Shown here: positions 1 to 9,900 of the stretch, piece after piece
Position numbering within the stretch: position 1 is the first letter of the stretch
Layout: each line of letters begins with the position of its first letter
Virus record (IMG/VR): IMGVR_UViG_3300021082_000016
Location: 1 to 42,442 of that record
DNA: 42,442 nt
Strand: one strand, 5' to 3'
From: a virus
Lineage: Duplodnaviria > Caudoviricetes
Notes under the pieces: generated by a model
What the model was told of the DNA's origin: nothing
Databases searched by the model: none
Seen by the model: the letters and a program-made list of their open reading frames with translations, nothing else
Program-made: the position numbers and the translations under genes

Positions 1-127
1 ACCTCGCAGGCCACGGTCCAGACGCCGACCGAAGGCGACGAGATCGGCTTCTCCGACACCTTCACGATCGGCAGCGTGTCGATTGTCCCTGGCATCAAGG
101 TCGTGCGCTACCGCCTGTCCAAGCGAC
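1..127. repeat. Terminal direct repeat (127 bp), identical to 42316-42442; circular-assembly overlap
   Basis: ACCTCGCAGGCCACGG...CTGTCCAAGCGAC is present at both ends, and the capsid reading frame runs through the junction. Confidence 0.97.
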
Positions 128-747
128 TGGAGAACATGTCGCAGGAAGACATCACGGCGATGGTCGGCGACGAGATGGGCCGCGCTCAGGGACAGAACGT
201 GGACGAGCTGCTGCTGGCCCAGTTCACCAACTTCCACACCGACAACGACGTCGGCTCAACCAACACGGACATGACGTTCGCCACGGCCCGTACCGCCAAC
301 CGCAAGATCATCGCGACCACGCCCGCCAACGGCGGGCCGCCCACTGGCCAGAAGAAGTCACTGGTGCTGTCGCCGATCGGCTACGAAGACTTTCTGGCCA
401 ACCTCGGCGCACAGGGCGTCGTGGCGTCGACCAACCCCTGGATTCCCCAGGGCCTCAGCGCCGACATCATGCGCCAGTACGCCGTCCCCGGCGGCGACCT
501 CCTGGGCGGCGTCGGCATCTTCTGGGATCCCTACCTCCAGGGCAGCTTCGTCAACGGCTCCGGCGACGTGCTGGCGGGCCTGTTCACCGAGAAGGCCCTC
601 TGGTACATCGTGTCGTCCGAATGGAACCACGATGTGTTCACCCGTGACGACTGGCTGGGTGTAATCCTGCGCTCCGACGCGGACTACGGCGTCGGCGTCG
701 GCCCCATTTCGCACTGGGGCTCCCAGGTCACGATCGACGACGCATAA
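1..747 (+). CDS. Major capsid protein, 3' part (gene starts at 42163 and crosses the circle junction; about 299 aa)
   Basis: Frame is open from GTG 42163 (GGAGG RBS) through the terminal overlap to TAA 747. It follows an acidic scaffold gene and has capsid-like size and composition. Confidence 0.8.
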   Translation, partial: TSQATVQTPTEGDEIGFSDTFTIGSVSIVPGIKVVRYRLSKRLENMSQEDITAMVGDEMGRAQGQNVDELLLAQFTNFHTDNDVGSTNTDMTFATARTANRKIIATTPANGGPPTGQKKSLVLSPIGYEDFLANLGAQGVVASTNPWIPQGLSADIMRQYAVPGGDLLGGVGIFWDPYLQGSFVNGSGDVLAGLFTEKALWYIVSSEWNHDVFTRDDWLGVILRSDADYGVGVGPISHWGSQVTIDDA

Positions 748-758
748 GGGATAAGCAC

Positions 759-1118
759 ATGAAGCTACTCTGCCAGGCTGCCCACGTCTACCAGGAACGC
801 CGCTTCGTCGCCGGTGAGGTCTATGACTTTGCCGACGACATCGCGACCCGCCTGCTGCATGACTACGGGCCGATGGCAGAGGGCGACACGCGCGGCGGGC
901 ACGAGGTGCGCTTCGTAGTCGCACCCGCGGAGCCGACAGAGGAGCCCAACGAGTCGGCCACCACTGAACCCGCGGACGTTTCCGTGGAAACGGCTACGGC
1001 AGAGGCGTCAGCCCCAGCGCCGGCGGAGAAGCCCAAGGACCGACACAGCAAACCGCCGGCACCCACCAAGCCCAAGGCTCAGCCCGTCAAGAAGGAGCGA
1101 ACGCAGCGTGGAACTTAG
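759..1118 (+). CDS. Small head-associated protein with Pro/Ala/Glu/Lys-rich tail; paralog of next gene
   Basis: ORF directly after capsid; motif F.AG.VYD...A.RLL.D.GP shared with 1108-1461. Confidence 0.65.
   Translation: MKLLCQAAHVYQERRFVAGEVYDFADDIATRLLHDYGPMAEGDTRGGHEVRFVVAPAEPTEEPNESATTEPADVSVETATAEASAPAPAEKPKDRHSKPPAPTKPKAQPVKKERTQRGT
978..991. promoter_or_regulatory. Palindromic box GTTTCCGTGGAAAC (parS/NBS-like), exact
   Basis: Read directly; CGTTTCC-GT-GGAAACG, encodes VSVET. Confidence 0.75.
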
Positions 1119-1461
1119 ATGCCTCGAAACCTACAAGTACGGCGAGATGCCGCGCCTGACTCAGAAGCAGGCCAAGGACATGGACCTCGACGCCAAGGTC
1201 TACAACGGCCGCGAGGTCGCTCTGTTCGAAGCCGGTCAGGTCTACGACGTCGACAACCCGCTGGCGCGGCGCCTGCTGCGCGACCACGGCCCGAAGAAGG
1301 GCCGTGCGCCCGTGCGCTTCGAGCCGGTCAACCCCAGCGAGATGCTGGCACTCCTGATGGGCGAGGCCGACAAGGTCAGCCTCGCGGACGTGCTGGACCG
1401 CGGCTTCGTCGTCGGCGAAGACGCGGAGGCAACGAGGCAGAAGGAAGTAACGGTCGCCTGA
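1108..1461 (+). CDS. Small head-associated protein, paralog of 759-1118
   Basis: AAGGAG RBS before GTG; shared motif LFEAGQVYDVDNPLARRLLRDHGP. Confidence 0.65.
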   Translation: MELRCLETYKYGEMPRLTQKQAKDMDLDAKVYNGREVALFEAGQVYDVDNPLARRLLRDHGPKKGRAPVRFEPVNPSEMLALLMGEADKVSLADVLDRGFVVGEDAEATRQKEVTVA

Positions 1462-1742
1462 TGGACATGCCGTACTTCTTCGTCCGCAACCGCTCTGCGG
1501 TCCGCCGTGCGCAGGTGCGCCAGGGCGGACCCGGCAGCATCGTCGAAAGCGTCGTGCCGGACCCCGGCCTGCGCTACGGCGAAGCGGAAAAGGCGTTGCT
1601 TGACACCGCCAAGGAGAACGGCATCAGGCCGAGTGACAAGACGATCGAAATCAGTGGCGACCCCGGCAAAGCGAAAGACCGAGGCCTCGTCTCTTACCCC
1701 GGCAGTCCCGCCCGTGCGCGGACCCGCCGGGACAGCGATTAA
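1461..1742 (+). CDS. Hypothetical protein (MDMPYFFVRNR...)
   Basis: TGATG coupling with the upstream gene; AAGGA RBS. Confidence 0.6.
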   Translation: MDMPYFFVRNRSAVRRAQVRQGGPGSIVESVVPDPGLRYGEAEKALLDTAKENGIRPSDKTIEISGDPGKAKDRGLVSYPGSPARARTRRDSD

Positions 1743-1754
1743 GGAGTAGCAGTC

Positions 1755-2522
1755 ATGGCCCCAGTCGGTTACAGCGCTGAAATCTACAAGACCTACGGCA
1801 CCTCTTCCGGCGTCGGCAATGCCGGCGCCAAGCTGGGCACGCCGCTGGACTTCCCGGACGGCCGCCGCTTCCGCATGGCGCTGAACGGCGCCGTGGCTCT
1901 GACGGCAGGCATGCTGGTTCAGGCCGCAGCACCGCCTGTGACCAACCACACCAACATCGCGGTGCAGGCCGCTGCCGACGTCGGTACCTTCGTCGTTTCA
2001 GTGACGCTGGGCGCCACGGCGGTTATCGCCAACGAGTACACGGACGGTTACCTCTACGTCAACGACGCGGGCGCCGACACCACGACCGAGGGCTACCTCT
2101 ACCGGATCAAGAGCCACCCGGCGGCGGCGGCATCCGCGACGCTGGCCGTGACGCTCTACGAGGACTCGCCGCTGCACATCGCCCTCACGACCAATAGTGA
2201 GGTCACGCTGTACCACAGCAACTTCTACAAGACGATCGTGCACCCGTCGCCGCCGACCGCCGCACTGGCTGGCGTGGCGCCGACCGCCGTTGCGGCCAAC
2301 ACCTACTACTGGTGCCAGACCCGTGGCCCGGCTGCGGTGATCACCGAAGGCACGCTGGTGCAGGCGCGGAGCTGCCAGGCATCGAGCACCACGGACGGCG
2401 CCGTGACGCCAATGACCCTTACCGAGGGGACCCCGAACACCGAGATCGCCGCGGTGGTGGGTCGCGTCCTGGCAGTCAACGCGACAACTGAGAAGAGCTT
2501 GATCCAGCTCACCCTGGAGTAG
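1755..2522 (+). CDS. Putative capsid decoration/cement or minor structural protein
   Basis: AAGGAG RBS; Ala/Thr/Val-rich beta-type composition; located in the head module. Confidence 0.55.
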   Translation: MAPVGYSAEIYKTYGTSSGVGNAGAKLGTPLDFPDGRRFRMALNGAVALTAGMLVQAAAPPVTNHTNIAVQAAADVGTFVVSVTLGATAVIANEYTDGYLYVNDAGADTTTEGYLYRIKSHPAAAASATLAVTLYEDSPLHIALTTNSEVTLYHSNFYKTIVHPSPPTAALAGVAPTAVAANTYYWCQTRGPAAVITEGTLVQARSCQASSTTDGAVTPMTLTEGTPNTEIAAVVGRVLAVNATTEKSLIQLTLE

Positions 2523-2531
2523 GAGCCTGAC

Positions 2532-2822
2532 ATGCCCGGCCCCGGCATTTCCAACGGCTACGAGAGCCTGACCGTGGACAACACGTCGGGCGGCGTTGCG
2601 CTGGCTTCCGTGGCCACCAACGCCGACCACGCGCGCCTGACGTTGGAGACGGCACAGATACGCTTCCGCGTCGACGGTACAGCGCCCACGTCATCCGAGG
2701 GCCACCTTCTTGAGGTCGGGGATGTGCTGGCGCTCGAGGGCAAGGGCGAGCTGCAGAAGTTTCGCGCGATTCGGACCGGCGGCACGTCCGGCGTGCTCAA
2801 GGTCACCTACGGGGTCTACTAA
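2532..2822 (+). CDS. Small virion structural protein (beta-rich)
   Basis: AGGAG RBS; good codon bias; structural module. Confidence 0.6.
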   Translation: MPGPGISNGYESLTVDNTSGGVALASVATNADHARLTLETAQIRFRVDGTAPTSSEGHLLEVGDVLALEGKGELQKFRAIRTGGTSGVLKVTYGVY

Positions 2823-2824
2823 CC

Positions 2825-3820
2825 ATGCAGATCGTGCGCAGAGTCGTCGCGCAAATCGCCGCGAACATCCTCAGCGGACTCACCGGCGTCAGTAACCTCG
2901 TGGAGCCCCAGGGCCGCCTGACGTTAACGACGGCGGTGCCCGTGCTCACCGCGACGGTGTCCGCCGCAGCAACCGTCTACTACACGCCGTACGTGGGCAA
3001 CGCTATTCCGATCTACGACGGCTCTACATGGAAGGTCTATAACTTTGCTGAGCTGAGCAACGTGCTGGCCAACGCTGCGACCGGAAACGCCGGGCCTGCC
3101 GCTGCCGTAGCGTCTAAAAACTACGATCTTTTTGTCTGGGACAACGCGGGCACGCGGACGCTGACGCGCGGCGCGGCGTGGAACAGCGACACGGCCCGCT
3201 CGGCGACCACAGAGAACGACCTGCAGCGGGTCAACGGCGTCTTGACCAACCTCAACGCGATCACCAACGGCCCGGGCGTGGGGCTGGGCACCTACGTCGG
3301 GACGGTGCGCACGGACGCGGGCGGCGCTACGGTCACTTACGACCTTGGCTCGTCTGCATCCGGTGGCGGGCTGGCTAGCTTCGGTCTGTGGAATGCGTAC
3401 AACCAGGTCGAGCAGACAACCACCGTAGTAGATAGCGGCGTTAACTACACCTACAGCTCCGCGACACTGCGAGCAGCGAGGGGCAGCAACACCTATCGCG
3501 CGAACCTGATCGCTGGCCTGAACGTCAACAACGTGCAGGCATCCAGCTTCGCCTTGATCTCAACCGCGGCAACATCAGGGGCGTTTACGCGCACCTACAT
3601 TGGCCTGGACACGATTACTGCGCAGACCGGCCAGGTCATCGGGCAGGTCTACACCAATGCGGCCGTGGTGCTGTCCGCGGCCGTGGCCGCCAGTTACAAG
3701 GGGCTTCCCGGCCTTGGCTTTCACTACCTCTCGGGTAATGAGTCAGGCGACGGGTCGAACACCAACACGGTCAACACCGGGACGTTGGGCTCTACGTTGA
3801 ACGTCACGTGGAAGTGGTAG
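2825..3820 (+). CDS. Tail fibre/spike-like structural protein
   Basis: 331 aa, Ala/Thr/Gly/Asn-rich; PQGRLTL...VYYTPY segment resembles phage fibre proteins. Confidence 0.55.
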   Translation: MQIVRRVVAQIAANILSGLTGVSNLVEPQGRLTLTTAVPVLTATVSAAATVYYTPYVGNAIPIYDGSTWKVYNFAELSNVLANAATGNAGPAAAVASKNYDLFVWDNAGTRTLTRGAAWNSDTARSATTENDLQRVNGVLTNLNAITNGPGVGLGTYVGTVRTDAGGATVTYDLGSSASGGGLASFGLWNAYNQVEQTTTVVDSGVNYTYSSATLRAARGSNTYRANLIAGLNVNNVQASSFALISTAATSGAFTRTYIGLDTITAQTGQVIGQVYTNAAVVLSAAVAASYKGLPGLGFHYLSGNESGDGSNTNTVNTGTLGSTLNVTWKW

Positions 3821-4978
3821 ATGGCCGACACCCGCGCCGTAACCACCGTCAAGAACCCGCCCAACGGCACCCTGGTCGAGGGCAGCTCCTACACGCTTGA
3901 CGTCAACTCGGCGACCCACATGCGTACCGGCCTGGTGCTGGAGGTCTACCCGCAGCAGACGCCGGAGGTCACCAAGGCCAAGCGCAAGATCATCATCCTC
4001 GTGACCGGCCTCAGCGGCGCACAGATCACCTTCACGATCTCTTCCCTGCCCGCCGGCGCGACGATCGGCGCCACGGACGTGCTCGCTTTCGCGCAGCTGC
4101 CGCTGGGCATCGCCACCTACACCGCACCAGCGTCGACGTCGTCACAAGAGCTTCAGGGCGTCAACGTCACCTCAACACCCGGCGCCAGCTCCGGCATCGT
4201 GCGCGCCTTCGTGGTCGTGCTTACGTCGAACCCCACGGCCAACCAGGGCGCCGTCGACGCTTCGGCGATCATGGCCTTCGTCTACCACACGGCGGGCAAC
4301 TTCACCCAGAACGTCTTGAGGGCGGTCGGTGGCACCGTAACGCAGCAGATCGCCGGGACGATCAGCGAGGCGCGCGGCCTTGAGGGTGTCGTGGCGGTTT
4401 CGTCGGGCGGCGGCACGATTACGGGCGGCGTCGGCGTCGACTCCACCTGGTCGATGGCGGGCGGCGTCATGACCTCGTGGGTGGCCTTCCGTAGCCGTCA
4501 GGGCAACGCCGGCGCGGCGCCCACGGCCGAGTACGGGATCATCTGCTACGGCTACAACCAGTTCGTCGGCCCGGTCGTGATCGGCTCGCTGACCTCACCG
4601 ACCAACGTCTCGCTGGCCCTGCTCTCGGCGATCACCGTGACGGCCGGCGCGGCGCTGGGCCTGAGCATCGCCAACTCGTTCACGGCGATCGCCAACAGCG
4701 ACACGTTTTACGGCATCAACATCAACCAGGCGATCATCAAGGGCGCGTTTACGGGCCTGGTGTACTACGGCATCTCGTTGCTGGCCCCGGCCGCGTCCGG
4801 CGCAGGGACGGTCGCGACCGCAGCGCAGCTCTACCTCGAGCTGCCGACGATCGCCACCAACAACTACTTCATGCGGTTCGCCGGCACGCTGGACGCCACC
4901 GCCGCTGGAGCTTACCAGGGGCGAATCAAGGTGCTGACCTCGGCGGGCACCGGCTACATCAGCGTCAATGCGGCTTAG
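3821..4978 (+). CDS. Tail fibre/spike-like structural protein
   Basis: 385 aa, Ala/Gly/Thr/Ser-rich; abuts the previous gene. Confidence 0.55.
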   Translation: MADTRAVTTVKNPPNGTLVEGSSYTLDVNSATHMRTGLVLEVYPQQTPEVTKAKRKIIILVTGLSGAQITFTISSLPAGATIGATDVLAFAQLPLGIATYTAPASTSSQELQGVNVTSTPGASSGIVRAFVVVLTSNPTANQGAVDASAIMAFVYHTAGNFTQNVLRAVGGTVTQQIAGTISEARGLEGVVAVSSGGGTITGGVGVDSTWSMAGGVMTSWVAFRSRQGNAGAAPTAEYGIICYGYNQFVGPVVIGSLTSPTNVSLALLSAITVTAGAALGLSIANSFTAIANSDTFYGININQAIIKGAFTGLVYYGISLLAPAASGAGTVATAAQLYLELPTIATNNYFMRFAGTLDATAAGAYQGRIKVLTSAGTGYISVNAA

Positions 4979-4988
4979 GGGAATGGGC

Positions 4989-5273
4989 ATGACTGACTTC
5001 ATCGACATCCCCGCTGAGCCCTGTAGCCACTGTCTGCCGCCGAGCCTGGGCCTGCCGGTCAACTTCCCCACGGGACGCGTCGACACCTGCCCGAAGTGCA
5101 AGCAGCCCGCCGAGCCCAAGGGCGTCTGGCGGGACGAGGACGGCAAGGATCACCTGCATTTCGAGTGCTACGGCACGGTGACGCGCGAATGGGAGCAGGA
5201 CGGCAGGACGTACGCCGAGCGCGAGCACCACCACTTCGACAAGAAATTCGCAGGCAAAACGTTAGGAGCGTAA
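4989..5273 (+). CDS. Small Cys-containing protein (CxxC...CxxC)
   Basis: CSHC and CPKC motifs; GGGGA upstream; start could be 4983. Confidence 0.55.
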   Translation: MTDFIDIPAEPCSHCLPPSLGLPVNFPTGRVDTCPKCKQPAEPKGVWRDEDGKDHLHFECYGTVTREWEQDGRTYAEREHHHFDKKFAGKTLGA

Positions 5274-5278
5274 CGACC

Positions 5279-5563
5279 GTGGATTACACCCTGGAAATGG
5301 TCCCGATCATCGAGCAGGTGATCCGCCGGCAAATCTCCGAACAGCAGGCGCTGGTGGTCCAGCTCGAGCTGCAGATCGGCGGCATGCTGGACAGCGGCTA
5401 CAAGGAAGATCAGGTCGCCGACCTGCGCGAAACGCTGCTCGTGGCCGAGGCCGGCGTCGAGCTGTTTGCGCAGCGTCTGGCCGACTTCGAAGAGGCCAAG
5501 AAGGTCGCCGAGTCCGAGCGCATGGCCCTGATCAAGGCGATCGTCGCCGGGAAGCGCGCCTAA
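5279..5563 (+). CDS. Coiled-coil protein (possible fibre chaperone)
   Basis: TAGGAG RBS before GTG 5279; Glu/Gln/Leu heptad pattern. Confidence 0.5.
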   Translation: MDYTLEMVPIIEQVIRRQISEQQALVVQLELQIGGMLDSGYKEDQVADLRETLLVAEAGVELFAQRLADFEEAKKVAESERMALIKAIVAGKRA

Positions 5564-5567
5564 GCAA

Positions 5568-6887
5568 ATGAGCTTCGACCTCGCCTACATGCGCCAGAAG
5601 CTGTACCTCTGTGAGGACTTCGGCTGGCGCGTGCTCGGCTTCGCGTCGACCGGCACGAGGTCGGCCACCGGCGTCACCGACGCCCTGCGCTTCGGCAACA
5701 ACCAGGAGGGCGAGTTCCAGTACGCGGACGGCTGGATACGCTGGCCGGGCCTGAGCAGCGCCGAGGGCCGCATCAAACAGTCCGGCGCGCTCAGCGGCCT
5801 TACCCTGGTGCACGAGGACGGCACCAATTGGGCCGCACCGTTCACCGGCACAGACTACGAGTGGAACCCGCCGGGCGTGCACCCTGACGAGCTCGACCGC
5901 TGCATCCAGAACGTCTTCCCCAAAGCCTACGTCTACAACTTCCTGCCGCAGACGCCGTGGCGTGACGGCAACTTCGAAGCGCCGGACATGGACTCGTGGG
6001 CGGGTACCAACGCCGACCTCGACAAGCTGACGGACCAGGTCTACGGCAAGGTCGGGTCGCAGTCGCTGGTGGTGACCAACACCGCCGCCAACGGCTACGC
6101 CTACAACACGGTGGGCATAGCGGTGCAGCCCGGCCAGCAGCTGCAGCTCAACGCCCGCGCGCGCAACGTGCAGGGCGGGCCGATCAGCTGGCGCATCTAC
6201 AACTTCACCGGCTCCGTGTGGGGCGCCGAGCTGGCCGACGCCGCGACCGGCTACGGCCAAACGCCGGTGCACCTGCGCCACACGATTACGGTCCCGGACG
6301 AGGTTTACAAGATCAACTGCCGCCTCGGTTCCCCGGGAAACGGCGACGTCACGGCCTGGGACGCCCTGCCCGGCCGCGACCTGGCGGCAACCGCCTTCGA
6401 CCTCGAGAGCTACAACCGCGACCGCTTCAACATCACCGGCGTCAGCGAGGCCAGCTACGGCGTGGCGCTGAGGGGCGGGCACAACGCCTACGACGGCACC
6501 ACGCCCACCTACGAGGCGTGGAAGCGCGGGCGTGACTTCGACACCGAGCACCTGGCCGGCAACAGCAACCCCAACTCCGTGCTGCTGTTCCGTGAGGCAC
6601 AGGCACGATCCCAGAACCTCGAGCTCTGGTACTCGAGCCAGCGCGCCTGGCAGGAGATCGACCCGCTGGACGACGAACTGGCCGTGACGCGCGCGCCGGA
6701 AGAGCTGGTCTTCCACGGCGCCGCGGCTAACGTCGCCGCGATGCTCAACGTGGGCGGCGCAGACCCGTACTGGACAGGCGTCGAGGCCAAGCACCGCGCC
6801 CTGTTCGAGGCCCAGAACCAGGCCCGGGCTGCGGTCAGGCTGCCGGAGAAGCGCCAGCGGCTCGGCGGCAGGATAGGCCCGCGATGA
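5568..6887 (+). CDS. Putative head-tail adaptor (tail tubular A-like) with an inserted carbohydrate-binding-like domain
   Basis: 439 aa; central GNFE...W...GSQSLVV...VQPGQQ segment is CBM-like; position in the tail module. Confidence 0.45.
   Translation: MSFDLAYMRQKLYLCEDFGWRVLGFASTGTRSATGVTDALRFGNNQEGEFQYADGWIRWPGLSSAEGRIKQSGALSGLTLVHEDGTNWAAPFTGTDYEWNPPGVHPDELDRCIQNVFPKAYVYNFLPQTPWRDGNFEAPDMDSWAGTNADLDKLTDQVYGKVGSQSLVVTNTAANGYAYNTVGIAVQPGQQLQLNARARNVQGGPISWRIYNFTGSVWGAELADAATGYGQTPVHLRHTITVPDEVYKINCRLGSPGNGDVTAWDALPGRDLAATAFDLESYNRDRFNITGVSEASYGVALRGGHNAYDGTTPTYEAWKRGRDFDTEHLAGNSNPNSVLLFREAQARSQNLELWYSSQRAWQEIDPLDDELAVTRAPEELVFHGAAANVAAMLNVGGADPYWTGVEAKHRALFEAQNQARAAVRLPEKRQRLGGRIGPR
6328..6341. 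promoter_or_regulatory. Palindromic box GTTCCCCGGGAAAC (1 mismatch)
   Basis: Read directly; lies in a different codon register (GSPGN) from the other coding copies. Confidence 0.6.
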
Positions 6888-8017
6888 CCTTCGACAACGA
6901 CCCGCGCGGGCGTGCAACTGACCGCGCCCCTGAGATAGACCGCGACACCCATTTCCCCGGCGGCTCCAACGATGTCTCGCACCGCCTCAACGATGCGATG
7001 CACAGCGACACCAACCCAGGCGACCACCGCGGCCCGGCCTTGGGGGACATCGAAGTAGCACAACAGGTTGGCAACCGCGTGCTCTGGGATGGGCTCTCTA
7101 CGGGAGCGTCCGGCACGGTGTTCATCGGCGGCTCGACCTTCAGCATCAATCTCTACATCACCGGCGCCTTCCGTTCCGGCTCGGCCACGGAGCCTTTCAA
7201 CCACGCGGCAGGCGACGCCACGGTAGACGGCATTCTCAGCGTGGCGACCAACGCCGCACCGGCATCCGGCGTCAAAGCGCAGGTCACGGGCGCGATGGCG
7301 GTGTCTAAGTGGTTCCGCGCCGGCTCGCTCGCCGTGCTGACGGGCGCGACCGCGGACGGCGACATTGTCGGCAAGCGCGTGTTCGTCGAGGACGCGCTGT
7401 TCAACTTCGCGATCGTATCGAGTGCGCCGACCTGGACCCTCGACACCAACGACTACGTGCGCTACGTGCGCAGCTCGAATCAATGGGAGTGGGTGATCGG
7501 CAGCGCGACCGTCATGGCGGTGAGCGCCAGCGGGATCACTCACGCCGGTTGGGCCAGCTTTATCGCCAACACCGGCGTCGCACCGGCCAACACGACGGCA
7601 GGTGACCTCACGGCCACGCGTGGGCACTTCGGCACGGACGGCGCCTTCACGGCCGGCAAGGAACTGGAGGTGGTCGGCGACGCGCTGGTCTCGGCCACGC
7701 TGGAGGTCGGCGGCTCGGTCGCTGTCGGTACTTCGGCCGCTGCCGCGTCGGCTACGGTCAACAACGACACCCTAGACACGACGATCGGCCTGTGGCGCGC
7801 CAACCCTGCCGCCGCGCGTACCGGCATCATCCTTGAGGCGGGAGTCACGCTGGGCCAGCGGTTCACCCTGATTAACCTTGCGGCCGGGGCCAACACGCTG
7901 ACGATGGCCGCCGCCGGCACGTCGAACGTGGCAGACGGCGTGGCGTGCGTCGTGGCAGGGCTCACGGCCGCCCACTTCGTCTGGGACACGACAAGCGCCC
8001 GCTGGTACCGAGTATGA
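6884..8017 (+). CDS. Tail structural protein (fibre/needle-like)
   Basis: ATGA overlap; Ala/Gly/Thr-rich, 377 aa. Confidence 0.55.
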   Translation: MTFDNDPRGRATDRAPEIDRDTHFPGGSNDVSHRLNDAMHSDTNPGDHRGPALGDIEVAQQVGNRVLWDGLSTGASGTVFIGGSTFSINLYITGAFRSGSATEPFNHAAGDATVDGILSVATNAAPASGVKAQVTGAMAVSKWFRAGSLAVLTGATADGDIVGKRVFVEDALFNFAIVSSAPTWTLDTNDYVRYVRSSNQWEWVIGSATVMAVSASGITHAGWASFIANTGVAPANTTAGDLTATRGHFGTDGAFTAGKELEVVGDALVSATLEVGGSVAVGTSAAAASATVNNDTLDTTIGLWRANPAAARTGIILEAGVTLGQRFTLINLAAGANTLTMAAAGTSNVADGVACVVAGLTAAHFVWDTTSARWYRV

Positions 8018-9882
8018 CCCTGCGGCCGGTAGACACGTCAGGCTCCCAGCGCTTCACCTCAGACGGCGGTATCCACACGGGCGACATCCGCGCCCTGACC
8101 TCGCCGCCCGGGATCATCCAGCCCACGGAGCCGCTGGGCGCCGCCGACTACGCCAGGCCGGTGCCGATCAAGGGGATGCCGGGCTTCTTCCTGGGTCGCG
8201 CCAATATCTACGAGCACCGTGGGCCGGTACGCCAGCGCGGCGACTTCCGCGAGGCGCACTTCTCGCGCTCCAGCGGCGCGCTGCAGGGCGAGAAGCCGGG
8301 CTACATCCGGTTGCCGCAGCTCACCGTGGCGCAGACGACGCCAGACCCCGGAGCAGACCCCGGCACGACGCAGACCAAGATCGTGCACACCAACTACCTG
8401 ACCACCGACGTGCTCGGCTTTACACGGCTCTCGGGTAACCCGGAGCTGTTCAGGACGAACACGCCGACCGACCCGACCGTGGTTGCCGTGGCGGGTTACC
8501 CGGTAGCGGGTGCGACGCCGGTGATCCTCAACTGCCTCAGGTCGGCCGATTTCGCCGGCACTCGCTACCTGCTGGCGGGGTTCTTTTCGGCCAACGGCGC
8601 CACGAGCGCGCTGCAGGCGATCACCAACATCACGGCGAACCCTCCCACGGTGGCCTACGTTGCCGGGGCCACGGGGCCGGTCTGGGACGTGCTTCAGCTG
8701 CCTGACGGCCCGCTCATGGTCTACAACGGCGGGCGGATCACGATGGTCGACACCTCAGTAGCTCCCGCGGCCGCGGTCTTCACCGATCACCGCGCCACGC
8801 TGCCTTCAGGCGGCTACTTCATCGGCCTTGTGGCGCTGGGCGGAGGGCAGCCCCTGGTCTACGCCTGGGTGCCGCAGAACAGCTACCTCGGGGTTTTCGA
8901 TCCGCTACAGGCAGGCACGCTCAAGGGCAAGCTGGTGGCGATCTCGCTCGACGGTTGGGTGGTGCAGGACGTAGACATGAACCTGCCCTGGGTGACCTTC
9001 GCCACGAAGGTGCGCGACGGGATCATGTACTGCGACCAGCGCACCCACATCTACAACAACGGCCGGCGGCGGCAAGAGACGGCCTGGCTGCAGGACCGCC
9101 CGCCGAGCAGCGAGAGCCTGATCTACTGCCGTGGCCACCACACGGACGGCCAGCGCTTCTGGTGGAAGCCGAACTTCGTCACGCCGAGCGCGGTAACGGT
9201 CAACTGGTGGGAAGAGGCAACAAGCGACGGCGTGAATGACTTCACGATCTCTCTGCCGGTCAGCTCGCAGGTCTTCTACGCCACCGTGAGCCGACAGACG
9301 GTCGCCAGCCACGACGCACCCTACCTGGTTGCGACCCGAGACCTGCTGGATTACGGCGACGGTTCATGGCACCGCCAGAAGCAGGAACCGCTGGGCGTGC
9401 TGGGCTACAACCAGGTCAAGACGGCAGGAGCGGGCACGGGCGACGACTTCGAAGCGAGCGAGCAGAGCACCTGGCCGGTACTGGAGTACCCCGGCTTCGA
9501 GGGCTGCCCGCTGATCACGCTGAGCATCGAAGGCCCCACCAACGCCAGCATCGGCCACGGCCACGCCGCGGTGGGCGCCGGCACGACGGACGCCTACGTA
9601 GAGTGGCGCGAGCTGCAGTCCGGCGTCGGCGCGCGCTTCCACCAGCGCGGGCCTGACGAGCGCCGCGCCAAGCGTCACTTCCCGCTCAACCGCAGCTGGG
9701 GCCGCGGCTTCCAGCCTCAGTGCCTCATGGGGCGACAGACCGGCGGCACCGACCCGACCAAGTACACACCCAACGGCGCACCGGCCACCTACGAGTTCGT
9801 TATGTACCGCGACGGCCACCAGAACATCATGCCGCAGCAGTACCGGGGCATCGACGCGGCGGCGCTCTTGAGGCGGTTGTAA
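8014..9882 (+). CDS. Putative tail nozzle / tail tubular B-like protein
   Basis: ATGA overlap at 8014; about 622 aa, beta-rich; last large gene of the tail block. Confidence 0.45.
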   Translation: MTLRPVDTSGSQRFTSDGGIHTGDIRALTSPPGIIQPTEPLGAADYARPVPIKGMPGFFLGRANIYEHRGPVRQRGDFREAHFSRSSGALQGEKPGYIRLPQLTVAQTTPDPGADPGTTQTKIVHTNYLTTDVLGFTRLSGNPELFRTNTPTDPTVVAVAGYPVAGATPVILNCLRSADFAGTRYLLAGFFSANGATSALQAITNITANPPTVAYVAGATGPVWDVLQLPDGPLMVYNGGRITMVDTSVAPAAAVFTDHRATLPSGGYFIGLVALGGGQPLVYAWVPQNSYLGVFDPLQAGTLKGKLVAISLDGWVVQDVDMNLPWVTFATKVRDGIMYCDQRTHIYNNGRRRQETAWLQDRPPSSESLIYCRGHHTDGQRFWWKPNFVTPSAVTVNWWEEATSDGVNDFTISLPVSSQVFYATVSRQTVASHDAPYLVATRDLLDYGDGSWHRQKQEPLGVLGYNQVKTAGAGTGDDFEASEQSTWPVLEYPGFEGCPLITLSIEGPTNASIGHGHAAVGAGTTDAYVEWRELQSGVGARFHQRGPDERRAKRHFPLNRSWGRGFQPQCLMGRQTGGTDPTKYTPNGAPATYEFVMYRDGHQNIMPQQYRGIDAAALLRRL

Positions 9883-9900
9883 TGAGCGAAGAGGCCGCAG

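Noticed and set aside
1-127. Terminal repeat as a biological phage DTR
   Set aside because: 127 bp equals a common assembler k-mer and falls mid-capsid gene; best explained as circular overlap.
5532-7627. Long minus-strand ORFs (461 aa, 372 aa) and similar shadows at 27853-28965, 30395-31189 and 41179-42240
   Set aside because: These are antisense shadows of GC3-biased genes with Arg/Gly/Ala/Val-rich low-information translations, and they lack the boundary coincidence seen at 13436-13678.
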